Below are positions 50,633 to 51,042 of a stretch of 51,042 bases of DNA, in pieces. Each line of letters starts with the position of its first letter. Position 1 is the first letter of the stretch. Position numbers and translations under genes: made by a program. Under the pieces are notes generated by a model. It did no database searches. It was not told where the DNA came from and was given only the letters and a program-made list of their open reading frames with translations. The stretch covers positions 1 through 51,042 of IMG/VR virus record IMGVR_UViG_3300017420_000001. One strand, 5' to 3'. Origin of the DNA: a virus.

Positions 50633-50667
50633 ACAAAAGGCCCCGCTAGCAACACACTAGCGGGGCC
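50631..50667. terminator. Strong hairpin terminator between the convergent capsid and moron genes
   Basis: 11-bp stem ggccccgctag / ctagcggggcc (50639-50649 / 50657-50667). On the minus strand it is followed by TTTTGTTT (50638-50631). Confidence 0.8.
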
Positions 50668-50690
50668 AATTGCTGGTTTAGATTATGCGC

Positions 50691-51042
50691 TTAGCCGAGC
50701 GGCACGTCGCAATATGCCATCGCGCCGGGGAGGCGGATTTCAACGCCGCCCGTGCGAGCCATGACCGCCTGCTCGAAGCCCTGGAGCGAAGCCTGACGGG
50801 CAGGGATCACGCGCTTGGGCATGGGCAGGTGGAAACGCAGTACCTCGCGATCGTAGCGGTATGCCACAATGCGATCCGCGCCGCCCGTGCCAGCGCCGTT
50901 CAGCGCGCGGGTCGAAACGATGCGAAGCTGCGCGCCCGAGTTTTCCGCCGTGTAAATGTTGTTCCGGCGGATATATTCAAGCACGTTCAACGTACCGTCG
51001 CCCGCGCCCTGCGACTGCGTGGCCCACCGGCGCATCAGGCGA
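50691..51042 (-). CDS. Major capsid protein, C-terminal part (same gene as 1..725)
   Basis: This frame is open from the window end to the stop at 50691. Nt 50920..51042 duplicate nt 1..123, and the frame is continuous with the ATG at 725. Confidence 0.8.
   Translation of the reverse strand, partial: RLMRRWATQSQGAGDGTLNVLEYIRRNNIYTAENSGAQLRIVSTRALNGAGTGGADRIVAYRYDREVLRFHLPMPKRVIPARQASLQGFEQAVMARTGGVEIRLPGAMAYCDVPLG
50920..51042. repeat. Terminal direct repeat, copy 2 (identical to 1..123)
   Basis: Read directly; see copy 1. Confidence 0.97.

Noticed and set aside
1-51042. CRISPR arrays, transposons/IS elements, rRNA genes, a toxin-antitoxin pair or a known defence system
   Set aside because: I saw no regularly spaced direct repeats, no transposase or inverted-repeat-bounded element and no rRNA-like sequence. 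The only mobile-like element is the HNH gene. No canonical defence-system gene set was recognisable by motif.

Overview
The window is one complete phage genome of about 50,919 bp. Its first 123 nt are repeated exactly at the end (1..123 = 50920..51042), and the major capsid gene runs across that junction. This points to a circular or circularly permuted assembly.

**Virion type.** The gene content indicates a siphovirus-type virion. It has a tail tube, a tail chaperone with a -1 frameshift, a 699-aa tape measure and no sheath. The high GC and the CTTGAC-N17-CTATAT-like promoters suggest an alphaproteobacterial host, but that is a low-confidence inference.

**Layout.** Almost everything is on the minus strand, in this order:
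- Packaging and head, ~12.0 kb down to 0.7 kb and wrapping to 50.7 kb: TerS-like, TerL, DUF1073-type portal, Mu F-like protein, DUF2213 scaffold, decoration protein, capsid.
- Tail, 48.5 down to 35.2 kb.
- Three membrane proteins, a tRNA-Trp, an HTH-metallophosphoesterase and an endolysin/spanin cassette, 35 down to 30.6 kb.
- A long replication/recombination operon, 29.1 down to 12.6 kb: ParB-like and PAPS-reductase-like module, beta clamp, RusA-like, Sak4-like ATPase, DUF669, HNH, Cas4-like nuclease, DUF1643, SF2 helicase, MazG, ECF sigma factor, SLOG/DUF2493, primase-helicase.

**Plus strand.** About ten small plus-strand genes sit as promoter-gene-terminator morons antisense to these operons.

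**Lysogeny.** I recognised no integrase, excisionase or CI-type repressor. The only candidate repressor is a ribbon-helix-helix gene next to two perfect TAGTGCACTA palindromes.

**Most interesting candidates:**
- Two unrelated PAPS-reductase/PP-loop modules. One is IbrB/IbrA-like with an extra unknown gene and a leader peptide. The other is a counter-oriented moron paired with a Cys-rich partner.
- A phage ECF sigma factor.
- An HTH-metallophosphoesterase fusion.
- Two paralogous AT-rich control or ori-like regions with TTATC(C)AC motifs.

**Limits.** All functional calls come from motif recognition by eye in the supplied translations. No searches were run.
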